The notes under the pieces: generated by a model
What the model saw: the letters and a program-made list of their open reading frames with translations, nothing else
Databases searched by the model: none
What the model was told of the DNA's origin: nothing
Translations under genes and position numbers: made by a program
Assembly: GCA_036172245.1 (NCBI GenBank)
Contig: JAYWIR010000005.1
Coordinates: forward strand, 3,348,001 to 3,412,000
Direction of reading: 5' to 3'
DNA length: 64,000 nt
From: Raillietiella orientalis
Taxonomy: Eukaryota
Part shown: piece after piece, positions 1-12,446 of the stretch
Layout: each line of letters opens with the position of its first letter
Position numbering within the stretch: position 1 is the first letter of the stretch

Positions 1-499
1 CACATCCAGGATTAATAGACTGAGGGAAATGATGCTCACACCAAAGGGATGGAAATTTTTGACATTCTTTATGATTGAAATGAGCATTTGGGATCTGTGG
101 AGGATTTTAGGTAGGAAACCGAAAAATTGGATTTAGTAGGCACTGAAATTTTATCCCCATGTGGGTCAATAACCAGATTAAAGTATCTCCGCTTTAGGAT
201 TTTCTTGATTGCATTAAAGGAGCACAATTTTTTTATTCCCACCTTCGAGACGATATGTTATTTCAAAAGCAAAACGGATGCAGTAGAGGTGCTGTGGTTT
301 TTTTGACACTTTGATTTCGTTCGTATGTCAGTCACGTTTTGTAAAGTGATCTCTGGCAAAGTAGCGCGCTTTTGATTTTTGACGTGTGCACCAGGAAGTC
401 TGATTTATTCCGAGTGTTCTCAGGAAAATCTGAATTGTGGATTGACTCTTAATCTAGCATGGAAGAATGACCAAGAGTATTTCGCACCTTCCTGTTGTT

Positions 500-2900
500 G
501 CAGCATCAGGGAAATGCCGACTATGCAAACAAGCACGAAGTCCAAAACGAGGAGGAGCTATCCATGGCGGAAGCTCGAGTCTTCCAGAATTCCAGAAGTC
601 GAATAGGAAGCACAGAAAACGGCTGCCCAGTTGCCCACCTAAACTGCAATGCTTTGGGTTTAAAAGTTGCATTTCATCCAGCTTCTCTGCAGGCGTTTCG
701 TGAACGAATATCCAGAGCTGAATTCGCTTAGCTCCGAAAACAGGAGAGGAAGAGAATTATCCCATTCTGTTCACAGTGACTTCTAGATTGAAGCTCGCGC
801 GTTCTAGCGTGAAAAAACAGAAACAAAAAAAAAAAAATAGAGTGTACACATTGAAGTTTGGAAAACATTTCAGCAGCAATAGATTTGTGCAGATCACCGT
901 GTGTGGGTATTGTATCCCCATGCCATCTTCTCGCAATCGGAGAAACAACTGTTTCAATGGCCTCAATGATTGCAATGCAATCCAGACACGAGCACTTCAA
1001 GCCATCGTTTGTAAGGCAGAATTTGAAGGTGATTCACTCCCTCGCTTATTCATTGATGGCTAAGAATATGGTTAGAATTCGTGAGAGGAAATCATCTACC
1101 AGAATGATTACGACACATCTATTGCGTGTGCTGAAATATCAAGGAAGCAGAAACACATGTCGTGTCGAATCTCATAGATGCTCAGTAGAAACGCTGAAAG
1201 AATGGGACAGTTTCATCTGTGAAGAAATTCATGAAAGAAAAAAAACTGAAGATAAATGCACTCGACGGGAGTACAAAAAGAACGTTTAATGTGTATCATC
1301 TCAACGAGGAAAGAGAACCACGGAAAGATCAAGGAGAAGCTCTTGGTTGAGAAGCAGATCGAAGAAAATCCAATTACAAGAAATTCATTCGAATTCAGAT
1401 TCTCCACTTTGTCAGGAAGGTGTCCTCGATCCTATAGAAATATTTTTTAGAATGTTGGTGATTTTGTTTGCCACCGATTTAGCTCGTTTTGAATCACGGC
1501 ACAGGACCTCGTAAAGGCGCTTCAGATTGTGGAGCCTGCAAACATTTTTGCTTCACACAGTTGATTTACCTCCATATCTCAGACAAGCTACGATATTTGC
1601 GTATTGGATCAATTTTTCCCAAGGCAACCAAAGCATTCATCCTCTTGGTGAGGATTGTGTGTGACGTGTAACGGCTCCTAAAGCTGCTCACTCGAGACGT
1701 TCAGTAATCAAGAGGAAACACATGCCGCCGAGTGTGAGTGTTCTTCAGAATTAGTCTGAATTCAAAAGTGCAACACCCATCCCTCTTGAGACTCGAACTG
1801 AAGACGGAAAATCCTTGTTTGCTTCATGGAATGCACTAATGCTTGGTCTTTCAAGGAATGGAGAGGAAGTTTGTGGAAGAAGGAAAAATTTTCTCTCCAT
1901 TGCTCTTTGACCTTTAAATCAAGTTAAACAAAGATGGCTTTTTACTTCTTGCACGCACAAAAAACCCTGATCCCTTAGTGGACCCTCTTGGTGGAATTCG
2001 GCCACTAGCAATTCATTTCGTGTATGCATCGACACAACAGGCAGCAATTGAATGCACCATCACATGTAAAGCCGAACTTCTCACCAGCAATGGATGGTGA
2101 GCGTGTAAATTACCGAGAATGAGATTTCGCCTATCGTACAGCTCTCTCCTCAGTTTATGTCAAGACAAATCGTGGATAGTACATCACGTTTCAATTTAAA
2201 TGGGTAGCAAATCTTATCCAGATGACGAAAGTGAGCTCATTCACTGGGCACAGGCCGCACGTGCTTTTTTTTCCCTCCTATGTCAACCTGAGCTGAAGTC
2301 ATGTCCTTCAATAGTGTCCATCGTCTTGGACGTCATTGAATGACATTTTTCACGCAGCTGTCCCACATGATTTTCTGTTCCCTGAAATATGCTTCTGTTT
2401 TCAGTACAAATTGCTATCTTTTTTTCAAAAATCCCTTCATTTATTTTCGGTTTTCGCGGTATTCTTTTCTCTTTTCTGGGGACATGCTGACCTCGAAAAA
2501 CAAAACAAAGGAAAGCAAAATATTCTCGAACATTTCATGTGTCGTGTTTCCTTAATTTATAATAGCTTGATGAATAGCCTGTCCTTTATTTCTCCTGACC
2601 ATTCTCTATTTGTTGAGAATTAGGGCATCATTTCTGCCACTTTCCATTGGCCGTGGAAGCTCCAGATGTCCCCAAGATTCAGTTTTCATAATCAGTAGCA
2701 ACCAACATGGATTCCCTTTACCTCGCTACAGCATAAACGACGGAACCTTTTTTGTGTGCACGTCAGAAGAGCAAAAACAGTGGTATTCTAAATATGGATG
2801 ATGGTCTTTTCTCCCAAATTTCATACACCAGCAAGATGAAAACTTGCGTTGGGGCTTAGCCATTTTTATAGATTGATTGATTTGAAAGCGACGGAGGGGA
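500..2900 (+). mobile_element. Highly decayed non-LTR retrotransposon (LINE-like APE/RT) remnant; boundaries approximate
   Basis: Motif traces in the expected order but in broken frames: QITVCGYCIP (~890-919, APE-like), GIRPLAI (1993-2013, cf. YRPISL), FNSVH (2307-2321, cf. AFDxV), PQDSV (2670-2684, cf. PQGSV), MDD (2794-2802, cf. YADD). Many stops and frameshifts. Confidence 0.35.
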
Positions 2901-5399
2901 GCATAATCTGAAGGATTGGTGGAATAAGTAGAAGCAGGTGATTGTGGTCCAGATGAAAGGAGGAAAAAGAGCAGAGGGGTTGTGATTTGGTTCCAAGAAC
3001 GCATCGAACGAGTACGCATTGTTCCCCTGAGACTTTTTCCCCTGATTTTCCATTTTCGAGGAAAACTTTTCTGATGTGATTCTTCGTCTTCTGCAGCTTT
3101 ACGCCTCGGCTCATTGTCGATACCTTGAAATCATCACTGGTCAGTTACTATGTGATCTACAGAAGCCCACTTGACATCGTAAAGGTGAACGGGAATTTTT
3201 CAAGAATCTTTCCCGTAGGGAACGTTTCAAACTTCTCTGAGGGTATTGCTAACTTTGCTATCTCCCCTTCCTTCCCTCTCCAATGAAATCTAAGTCTTCG
3301 CCTTATAAAGGAGGTCTCTATTTTAGTAAGCTATTAGCAGCGGACGCACCTGAACTTCACCTTTCATTCTCCTTGATGCCCATCCAGACTTCTCACTTAT
3401 TTAAAGTATTTTTCATTTCGGGGGGGAGGGGGGATGGATTGCAAGATAATCGGGCAAATTCCGAAGTTTTCCTTCTTGATGAGCTGCGAAGCGATTCCAG
3501 TGCCTGTGATGAGTGCAGCGACACTCAAGTGCAGTTCAGCTGTTCCTTTCCAAGAAGACATTTTCGCTTGGAGACAGACTGTATAAACACTAAAAAGAGT
3601 GGAATCATGGACGATTTTCTTCCCGGAATCACGTCGAGTGAAGCATCCTAAGCCAACCTGCTCAAGAAACAAAAAATGACAAGAATCAGGCGTGGACTAA
3701 CGAATTCTTGCCTTTTATTCCAAGGACTTCGAAAATTAGAAGTAAAAATAATGCAAGAGGACGAAAATTCTCGAAACGCATAGCACAACTGGATCTTGTA
3801 AAATTTGCACGGGAAGGCGTGAGTGCCATACGATCAAAACGCTCTCCATAGAAAATCTCGATCTAATTGCATTAAAAAAAAAAAAAAAGCCGGATATTTT
3901 ATTAAGGAGAGCACCTTAGGTTCCATTCCTCGGCATAAATGACTGTCCTCTGTGTGCCACAACACGTTTGCACACCTTTGTGAAAACCACACTTTGCATA
4001 TTTCTACGTCCACATATCGAATAAACGTAATATCCTGTCGCAGCTTCTTCTTTCATTTTACATCCCACTTCATTTCCTGGTCAAACAGGCATGTCCTTCT
4101 TTTTCTATACTTCTTTCAAAGAGCTTCCACTGAGCCAAAGACAGAGTGTTGGGAAGGATCGCTTGTATTGAACCGGCTGAAGGAGGTTGGTTCCGTCTAA
4201 AGTGATGCAGCAGAGCGTTCCAAACACACCCATGGAACACAGTACACGACACTGAATAGCTCTTCCACATCAGCTACCTCTAGAAAGAAGGCAGCAGTGG
4301 TCAATCAGACTATGAAATGACGAGTAGGAAATCCAAAGTTCCCACGGGACTATCCACCCCTCGTTAATACAATAAGATTTACACAAACTTTGATAAAGTC
4401 GCGGATGTCTGGTAGATCCGAGCATTGCTCTTAAAAGTACCTTTCCAGTGTTGCTTTCGTATGCCTGACCTCTCTGTCATTACCAGACGCCTTCCTGCTA
4501 CAGGCTTCATTTCATTCTCGAAATGTAATCAAGTTTTACGCCTTGGAAACCCGCAAAAATTCCTCCTCCGTCATCTAATAAAATGCACTCACCTTTGATT
4601 TAGCAAGATGTTTTCGCTTTTAGGAATGTTTAAGAGGAATGCAGTTCCATTGAGGATTTCATTAAAGGCATATACGAAGAAACAAACTCAACTGCCTTGA
4701 TGAAACGAGAGGAAAATCGTTCCAAGCACAAGGAAATGGCCAGTATCACCTGCGATGTCAGCCTTGAAAGATTGCTGACCGAACCTAACAACGTGTTTTA
4801 TCTTATCAAGTGAAGGGAGCAATGACAAGTACCTAGGACAACTCAGGAATTGCACTCTTATTGAAAAAACCAACACTTTCTTACACGTTTCTGAAAGTTT
4901 TGGTCTTGCGACTGTATTGAATAGATCGACAGTCAACCATGGCATTTGCTAAGCTGCTGCACTTTCAAAGTGCCGTTTTCCGAAAATTCTTTCATTACTG
5001 GTGGTGATCCATCTGGTGTTTTCAGTAGAAATCCCTGGAATGCTGTACGTTCAAGCACCCCATTTCTTTTCGGGTGGACTTAGCCTGCTTCCTGGAAATT
5101 TCGAATCCCCTTAGCACTTATCGTTTTTTAGACACCAGATCCCAGTTATCCTACACCAGTCGTGCCTACGACAGCGAGTACTCCTCTAGAACCAAGTAGA
5201 GAGTCATCGAGCTCTGTATGCGTTCTGCTTATGTCTTGACCCATCCAAGGCTGTTGATGCACACACCTAAGGCCAAGCTCGTCCAGTACGACCACTTCCC
5301 CTTACATAAGTCTCAACTTTGAGTTTGTGCTAGAGATGGTCAGGTCGGAAGCTATCAAACCCCAGCATTTCAAGAAAGCATTTTTGATTTCAGTTACTG

Positions 5400-7750
5400 T
5401 CTCTTCGTGCCTCTCTGTTATGATCGTGTGGGTGTAGACTCATCTTTTGAGGATTATGACCTAGAGACTCCTCCTGTCTTCTCTGTACAGGCGGTCATCG
5501 CTGCCCTTGGAGCGCGGCACAGGCAAGAGGTTGAGTTGCCCCTCAGAATGAAACTGCAAGCTGAAGTTGTTCTCCGCTGAATACAAAGTGCTTCCAAGTC
5601 CAATTCTGTCCGACACCGGACGTTATCCCCCCTTGATCGGGATGTTTTGCAATGAACCGTAACTGCGCTGACTAAAGTTGAATTGTGCGTAAGCTGGAGG
5701 TGATTTTCTTTCCCATGGGAGCGCTACTTGTATTCCCTAGGTCTTCCTAATTATTAGGTACCTATCTTGGGTACTCTGCCTCTTTTAGACATTCATTACA
5801 CCTTTATTCTTCCGGACACAGTTCAATTATTTCTGGTGCTAATGCTAGGTTTCTACCATCTTTCACCGATCGTTCCAGCAACGAAATCTCCCCGGAGCTT
5901 CAATTCTTTGCAGAACCTGTAACCGTTTTTCTGCAATCGATTGCAGCGTCCTCTAGGGTGCACCTTTCACTGCCGGATCCGGAGAGTTTTGAAGCGACTG
6001 CTTTGTGTTTCCCACATTGAGGGATCTATGGACGCTTTTCGAGCCTGTGGAACACGAAGTGTTCTTTCACTTTTACAACGAGGATCCAGCTGTGCATGCC
6101 CAATACCCCCAGGATTGCTCTCCCATTGCCCTCCGGCGCTTTCGATATCGTTTTTGTGTTTCGCTGCGATTCACCGAATCATCCCGTTTCCTTCCTGACA
6201 CTGTCGTGGGCAGTTTCCTTTCGAAGGCATCGCAAACATTCTCCATAGATTGAAGCGGCAGTTCGCTTCCAAAGTCCTCAAGGCTTGGCTCATTTAGGTC
6301 ATCTGAGCTCCTGAGAGTCCATTCTTTTGCTTATCGACCTGTGAACGATCTTTTGCTGTAGGCTTCCTTGGTTCCTTCCATTTTCCTTCCGCTGCATCCG
6401 ACTGTGGTGGAACAGTCTGGGTCTGCTTGTTCCTTTTCCGTCTCTGAGTGCTTTCTTCATCTTTTGTGGGCGGCAGCAGTGTGCGTCCTACATCAGCCCA
6501 TTCGTTTCTTTCTCTCGAATGACGCGACCTAGGTAATTCGGATTCGTTCTCGTCGTCTCCTGACTTTAGTTGGCATGGTCTCCCCGCTCCAGCTCCCCGT
6601 TCGAGGGCTCATGTCTTGTGGAGCATGCAGTACCACTAGTAGAATAGGAATCGATTTTATTTGCACTCGGTAACGCTCGTGTATTTTATTATAAAAGGAC
6701 GTTTGCAAACAGATAGTCAGTCTAAGGCGGAAAAATGACTTATCCATAGTGGAACTCTAGAGCCCATTATGCTCGTGAGAGTGCTGGAGGCGTTCTTGCT
6801 AACCAGCAGGCTTCCTAGTGGAGTCCGCTTGGGTAAAGTGGGAGGAAAGAAAAATAAATAGAGAAAGAAATGGTTTCTTACTTAGGGGGAGAGGAAGCTA
6901 AGGATGGGATAATAGAAGGTTCTCCAGCGCCCTCCGAATCCTCTCAAGGATGCTGACAAGTTCATTGTTTAATCTTGTCAGATGTAGCCACCTTGCCGTA
7001 ATCCTCAAAGTGGAAGCAGAGATGGGATATGGCCTTCCTGATGGCGTGGCTCCTTTCCTCTTAAACTCGTGCCGCGAGGCGACTATTCCGCGGAGGTAGC
7101 AGAGAGCTGCAATCGACACAGCAGGCTATATAACACAACCCGCGCAAGGAGGCGCTTTGGAAGATCTCTTTTCATAGTTGCCCACGGCAAGCGGGAGGGT
7201 CGTTGCGAAACCGGAGGGACAACGCAGTCCAGTGGCAGGTGCTGAAAGGTTTCTTCTTCTGCTCTCCTGGCTTCTCTTGTCACTTCCTCTTGTTCAGGGG
7301 TCGATTCTGTCAACTTGGAACCAGTTGAGCACAAGGAGTCAGCCACTGTTTCCCATTCTCTCTTACTTATCTGGGAACACTCAGATCAGGGATTTCCTCC
7401 AGTGCCCATTTGAACTCAACAACCTATTCGATTTCCATTCCATCATTCTCAGCATCAACTGATTATTGTGAAGTGGTCTCCAGCAAGTCCAATTGCATCG
7501 TGTCTTCCCTGGGTCTGTGTTCCCCTTTCCACATACCAGTAAGTGGAATATCTTCTTGCTGGCGAATCTCATTTTGCATTCTGGCCTGCTGTAGTCGTAC
7601 TCTAACAAACATGGTGGATGTTGGCACTACTAGATTGGCACTGTTAGGTTACTTTCCGTGGTATGTACACCACATCCTCTGCATACGTGCTTGATTAACA
7701 CATGCACCTATTTGAATGTGCCGTTTGTTGCTATGAGCTTGCCCGTTTAT
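5400..7750 (-). mobile_element. Decayed non-LTR retrotransposon remnant (gag-like zinc knuckle, then APE-like trace); boundaries approximate
   Basis: Minus-strand CRGCGVH (7663-7683) ... ECKMRF (~7567-7584) resembles LINE ORF1 Cys/His knuckles. Downstream IPILLVVLHAP (~6620-6650) resembles the APE xLxNVYAP strand. Heavily interrupted. Confidence 0.3.
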
Positions 7751-9393
7751 CTCTGCTCAGTATGAATCGAAACGGCAGATTTCAAAGGGTTAGGCGCTAG
7801 TGGCAGCGACAGTAGCTGATGGGATAGCAGAGATTCTTTTCGAATCTGAACTCGTTTGATATTTTTCCATGTAGTGCTCCTTTTTTTCTCTCTTGATTTG
7901 TCCATAGTGCCGACATTCCACTTACAATTGCCTACCTTCGACTATTTTAGAAATTGTCGACCCATACAAAAGTCAACACACAGGACAGCGTAACTCAAGA
8001 CGGCGCCGACGGGTTCCATTCTAATGTCCCTCATATTGTTCGTCCACTATAAGCCTACCAAACTCTCGAACTTCCTGAAATTTTTGCTTTAGGGCTATTT
8101 GGACAGTCTAAATTCTTCCCACAAAACCTCTATGACCGCAAATACTTTTTAGTCACGCAACTGGCATGGTTAAGAAGTCATGGCTGAGGAAGCAACACTC
8201 TCAAAAGCTCCACACTGAAGATCGTTCCGATCCCTCTTTTGGTAAGGGGGCATCCATGGGGCATCGAAAGATGGCTCCAGAGCAGAAGATGACTCACCAT
8301 CGGAGACTACAAGCCTTCTTAAAAAGCGAATTGGAATCCGAGACTGCGGTGAGGTTCCAGCGTGGACCATCCCTCTAAAAGATTCAAAGAGTGAATAGTC
8401 TTAGAACGATTGAATAGGTGACCCGGGATAGTGGGTAATACTTCCGTACCACCTCCATTCCCTGTTTCCTGAGAACCAATGTATCACAAGAACATTTCTT
8501 GGTCTTGTGGAGTGAAGAACAGAAGAGCAAGTGTCGTGTCGTTTTGATTGGTTCATCTATTTTTATGCTTTTTTGTGCTTGTTTAGAGGTAAATTAACAT
8601 ACATAACACGTCAGGTCGGCCAGGGAAAGTTATGTAATTGGCATTCGTTCGGGCACGCAATAGCAAAAAATGCTTTTGTGTTTGAAAAGCTCGAATTTGG
8701 ATGTTTTTACGGTTTATCTTTACTTGTATTACTGAAATACTCAGATTAAAACATGAATATCCATGCAAAATCTTCATTATGAAGTCTTATTGCAAGAAAA
8801 GTTTCACAAGGCATAAATGATAGGACTTGTACTGAAGAGAAGCGTCATACTAGAATGAGAGCAAAGGAAAGAACTTTGCAAGAAGGAAGCACTATACGTG
8901 TGTTTCTTAATGTAGTTCAAGGGCTATTGGTCCACGTCAAAATCCTGAATACCATTGAATAAGACCTAAGATTGGAAACAAATGTGGTCGATTTATTTTC
9001 TTCTCTGAAGTATGTCATCACGTAGCATAAATAATGAGCATCATTTACATATAATATATAATAAGGGAGATACGTGTTGTGATTTAGGGAAGCAGAAAAA
9101 TCAAAATCTCACTGCAGTGGGTGCTAAAAGTCCCAAGCACCATATCGTGCCAATCCAAACTAGAATCAGTTCCACACCTATTGGTGTGGGATTTTTCCAC
9201 TAAAATTGAAGTAAATATTGCTTTATGGATAGCGTTCCATAGTCATCAGTTGCAAGAAAATGCACCTCGAGATTCTAGAAAATAGTGTTATGTACTTAAA
9301 AAGAAATGAGAACCATAGTGAAAATTTTACAAATGCAATTGTATAAAAACATAAAATAATATAAATAGAATGTCGCGGCATTTGGAACCACAG

Positions 9394-9501
9394 TCCAAAT
9401 CTAGATAGAAATCTGATGGCAAGTAAAGTAGGAACAGATCTTCTCTATGCACAGACTATAGCTGATGTTCAGAAAGGTTGGATTAGAATGAATGAAAAAG
9501 T
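9394..9501 (+). repeat. Inverted duplicate of part of SNX17 exon 6 (partner 11475-11582)
   Basis: 9394-9490 is the exact reverse complement of 11486-11582 (97 bp). The match extends to 9501 with 2 mismatches. Confidence 0.95.
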
Positions 9502-10743
9502 GATTAGAGGATAGAACGATTGGAGGAAATTATGTAATTCCGGAATTATCTCAATTCTTAACGGATCCTCCTGGCCACATTCGTATCTTGAACTCTACAT
9601 TAAAATAATTCAAGTAATGAAACCATGCCTTGAAGAACTTTCGACATTCAGAGTTCATTTGAACTGAGGAAACTGATTTCAATGAAATAAGATGATCGTT
9701 ATTCTGTTTACAACTTTGGGAAACTTCTCTTCACCAAAGATAGAAATTTTTTTTACCTCCTATAGTTCTGTGTCATTTGTAAACAACGTGGAAGTGCTAA
9801 AAAAAAACTGGATGCTAAAGGCTTTATGGTGAAAGAATGAAAGGACAATATTCCAATTTCAATACTTTAATTGATTTCTCATTGCTGAGTTCTCATTAAG
9901 GGGTCATCAACATTTATGTCTTGATGTTCAGCAGGTAAAGGTTGCAGGAATAAATTGGAAAATAAGGCATTCAGGTTTGCTTTATAAATTACCAGATTTA
10001 TCATGGAAAAGTATCAGATTTAGATGGCAAGTACAAAGGAACGATAACGTATTTCACCAAACGAATTTTCATCCACTAACTCTACTTCTACTGCTTTATA
10101 TCGATCCATAGCTGCCAACAACGAAAACGGTCTTTCGGTAAAAAAAAAAAAGATTCGCAGATATGAAAGCAATGATGAATCAGTTTCCGAATCTCGATAC
10201 TCAAGAGAATTAACAGAAGCCAAGGGAGATATGAAAACTTTGTTGGACCATTTCAGCTGAAACCAAAAGCAAATAATTGTGAGAGTAGAAAATAGAAGAC
10301 CAGAGACCTACTATATCTTGCAAATGAAAGAAAAACAACAATCATTATTAGAGAAAGTGCGATGTTGGTTGATGTTAAGTACTTTCCTATCACAATGAGC
10401 TTCATTTTTGCAAAAGGATGGCATTGCAGGATGGAATGAAAACAACTTTTATGTTAAACGATGTGGCATAAATTTCCGAATGAATAAATAAGCAAAATTG
10501 CTGGTTCCTGTATATAATAACTTTTGCTCTTGGGGTACATTCACTGTGATCATGTATGCAACTGCTAAAGGAGTAAACACATGAACTGCTTTCATAATGC
10601 AGAATCATTGCCTTCATAATTAATGTCATTATTATCGAAAAGAAAAAAAAAACGGCTGAGCAACATTTTCTATTCAAATAAAACTGCTTAGCTGTTAAGA
10701 TATTCACAAATACTGTTTACAATAATAGAATAATACTATATAT

Positions 10744-10749
10744 TTTATT
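10744..10749 (-). terminator. Candidate polyadenylation signal of SNX17
   Basis: TTTATT on plus (AATAAA on minus), about 70 nt after the SNX17 stop codon. Confidence 0.5.
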
Positions 10750-10818
10750 ACGTGATTATATAAAAAACAATATAAACAATGATTTGGAGCTTCAATTTGA
10801 TAAAAATGGGTAATGTAA

Positions 10819-12446
10819 CTATAAATCTTCATCACCAATGGAGTCAAATGTGGAATTGGAATGGGTACAGCTTTGCCCATTGGAAACATGTTTGGCTAAA
10901 ACACTGAATTTCTGAGAAGCTGCAGATAATTTGCCATTCTCTAGAGTTGGTTTTAGAGTGAGACTTTCCATCGAGTCCTGAGAAGAATGAAAATTAGCCC
11001 ACTTTTGAGCTCACTTTACCTTTACTTGATGCATCATCTCCTCTACCATTGTTTGCAAATACATGGACATAAGGACTGCTTGCTGACTTGTGATAGTGAT
11101 CCATTGCAAAGTATCTTTAGCCACAAGATATTCAAATGCCATTTCCATTGTCCACTTGTTTCCTTTAATCTCATTCTGTTCTACAGATTTGGCACTACTT
11201 AATCTCCAGCAACGCACTCGAGTAATTTGAAATTCCTGGAGCACCACATTGGCTGACTGTAAAAAGATCATTTTCTTGTAGCCAATGGTAACTATAACTG
11301 GTGTGTTTGGTTTCAAATAATCACATATGCATGGTGGGAACTGCACAAAGCCATAATATGGAAGCTGTCGGACAATTTCCAAATACTGAAGTGAATCTAA
11401 ACTAATTTCAGTAAAATTCAGTTTTTACCTGATGCTTGGCATTCTTACTCTGCAAAGCAGTTAAATGACCCTTTACTTTTTCGTCCATTCTAATCCAACC
11501 TTTCTGAACATCAGCTATAGTCTGTGCATAGAGAAGATCTGTTCCTACTTTACTTGCCATCAGATTTCTATCTAGATTTGGATTAGAATACCTGATCAGA
11601 ATTCATCAGTTGAATTTCAGGCAAATTTTTTTTTTACCATTTTTGAAAGAGCAACTGACTTTCTTCTCCCATGTGCATTTTCCGTGTGATGTAGGGTGCC
11701 TCATAAGATCCAAGCATTCTCTCAACTAAATGCAAACAAGCTCTAATCAGTTATGCAATTTCAAAATCCAAGATATACCTATCATTTCATTGGCATTTGC
11801 ATTTTTTGTCATGAGGAAAAGTTGGAAATAACTATATAAGTGTTTGGAAAGACCCAATTCCTGGCAGATTCTCTGTAATTTCAAAAGTCAGTCTCCTTTC
11901 TTCAATTCCTACAATATACCTGTGTAACCTCCTCAGTTCCAGTGTTATTAAACATGTTCTGAGTAATTTTCGTGCCATCTAATAAGAACACTTCTACATC
12001 TACCTTAGCAGTTTCACATGCATAAGATTCTTGTTGGGCAAGAATAAAAAAATTCTTAAAAACATCACTATTTCTGAGATCAGCAAACTGGCTTACTAGG
12101 AAGAAACAAAATCAACATGAATAATAAAAACCCCATATCTGACAACTATGTAATTACCAAGAAGTAAATAATTTTCTAAATCATTTTTTCTTTCGTTCAG
12201 TTTTGCATGGGATAGCGGTAACAATCGTTTAGGAGGGAATGATGGCAAACTATCATCCAGTTTTCTCAATTGCTGATGTAAAAAATATAGCTGACGATAC
12301 CTTACTGTACAATGATAAGGCCCATTGATAGATATATTATATCCCTACATTATAATAAAATTCCAATCTTGAGAAAAATTGAAACTCACAATGTATGATG
12401 TGTGCTTATCCTTGCATTCTGTAACATCTGGTATACAGAAATGCAT
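10819..12446 (-). CDS. SNX17: Sorting nexin-17 (PX + FERM-like). Exons 12446-12390, 12344-12158, 12095-11920, 11872-11779, 11725-11638, 11591-11429, 11385-11020, 10977-10819
   Basis: The spliced product is in frame across GT-AG introns: MHFCIPD...YNISINGPYHCTVRYRQL...FPPKRL (PX), LLYAQTIADVQKGW, ITRVRCWR, MAFEYLVAKDTLQWITITSQQA, and the C-terminal FDSIGDEDL* characteristic of SNX17 (Retriever-binding tail). Confidence 0.95.

Noticed and set aside
11429..11500. Apparent frameshift or stop in SNX17 exon 6
   Set aside because: Re-reading gives an uninterrupted frame (GWIRMDEKVKGHLTALQSKNAKHQ); the gene is intact.
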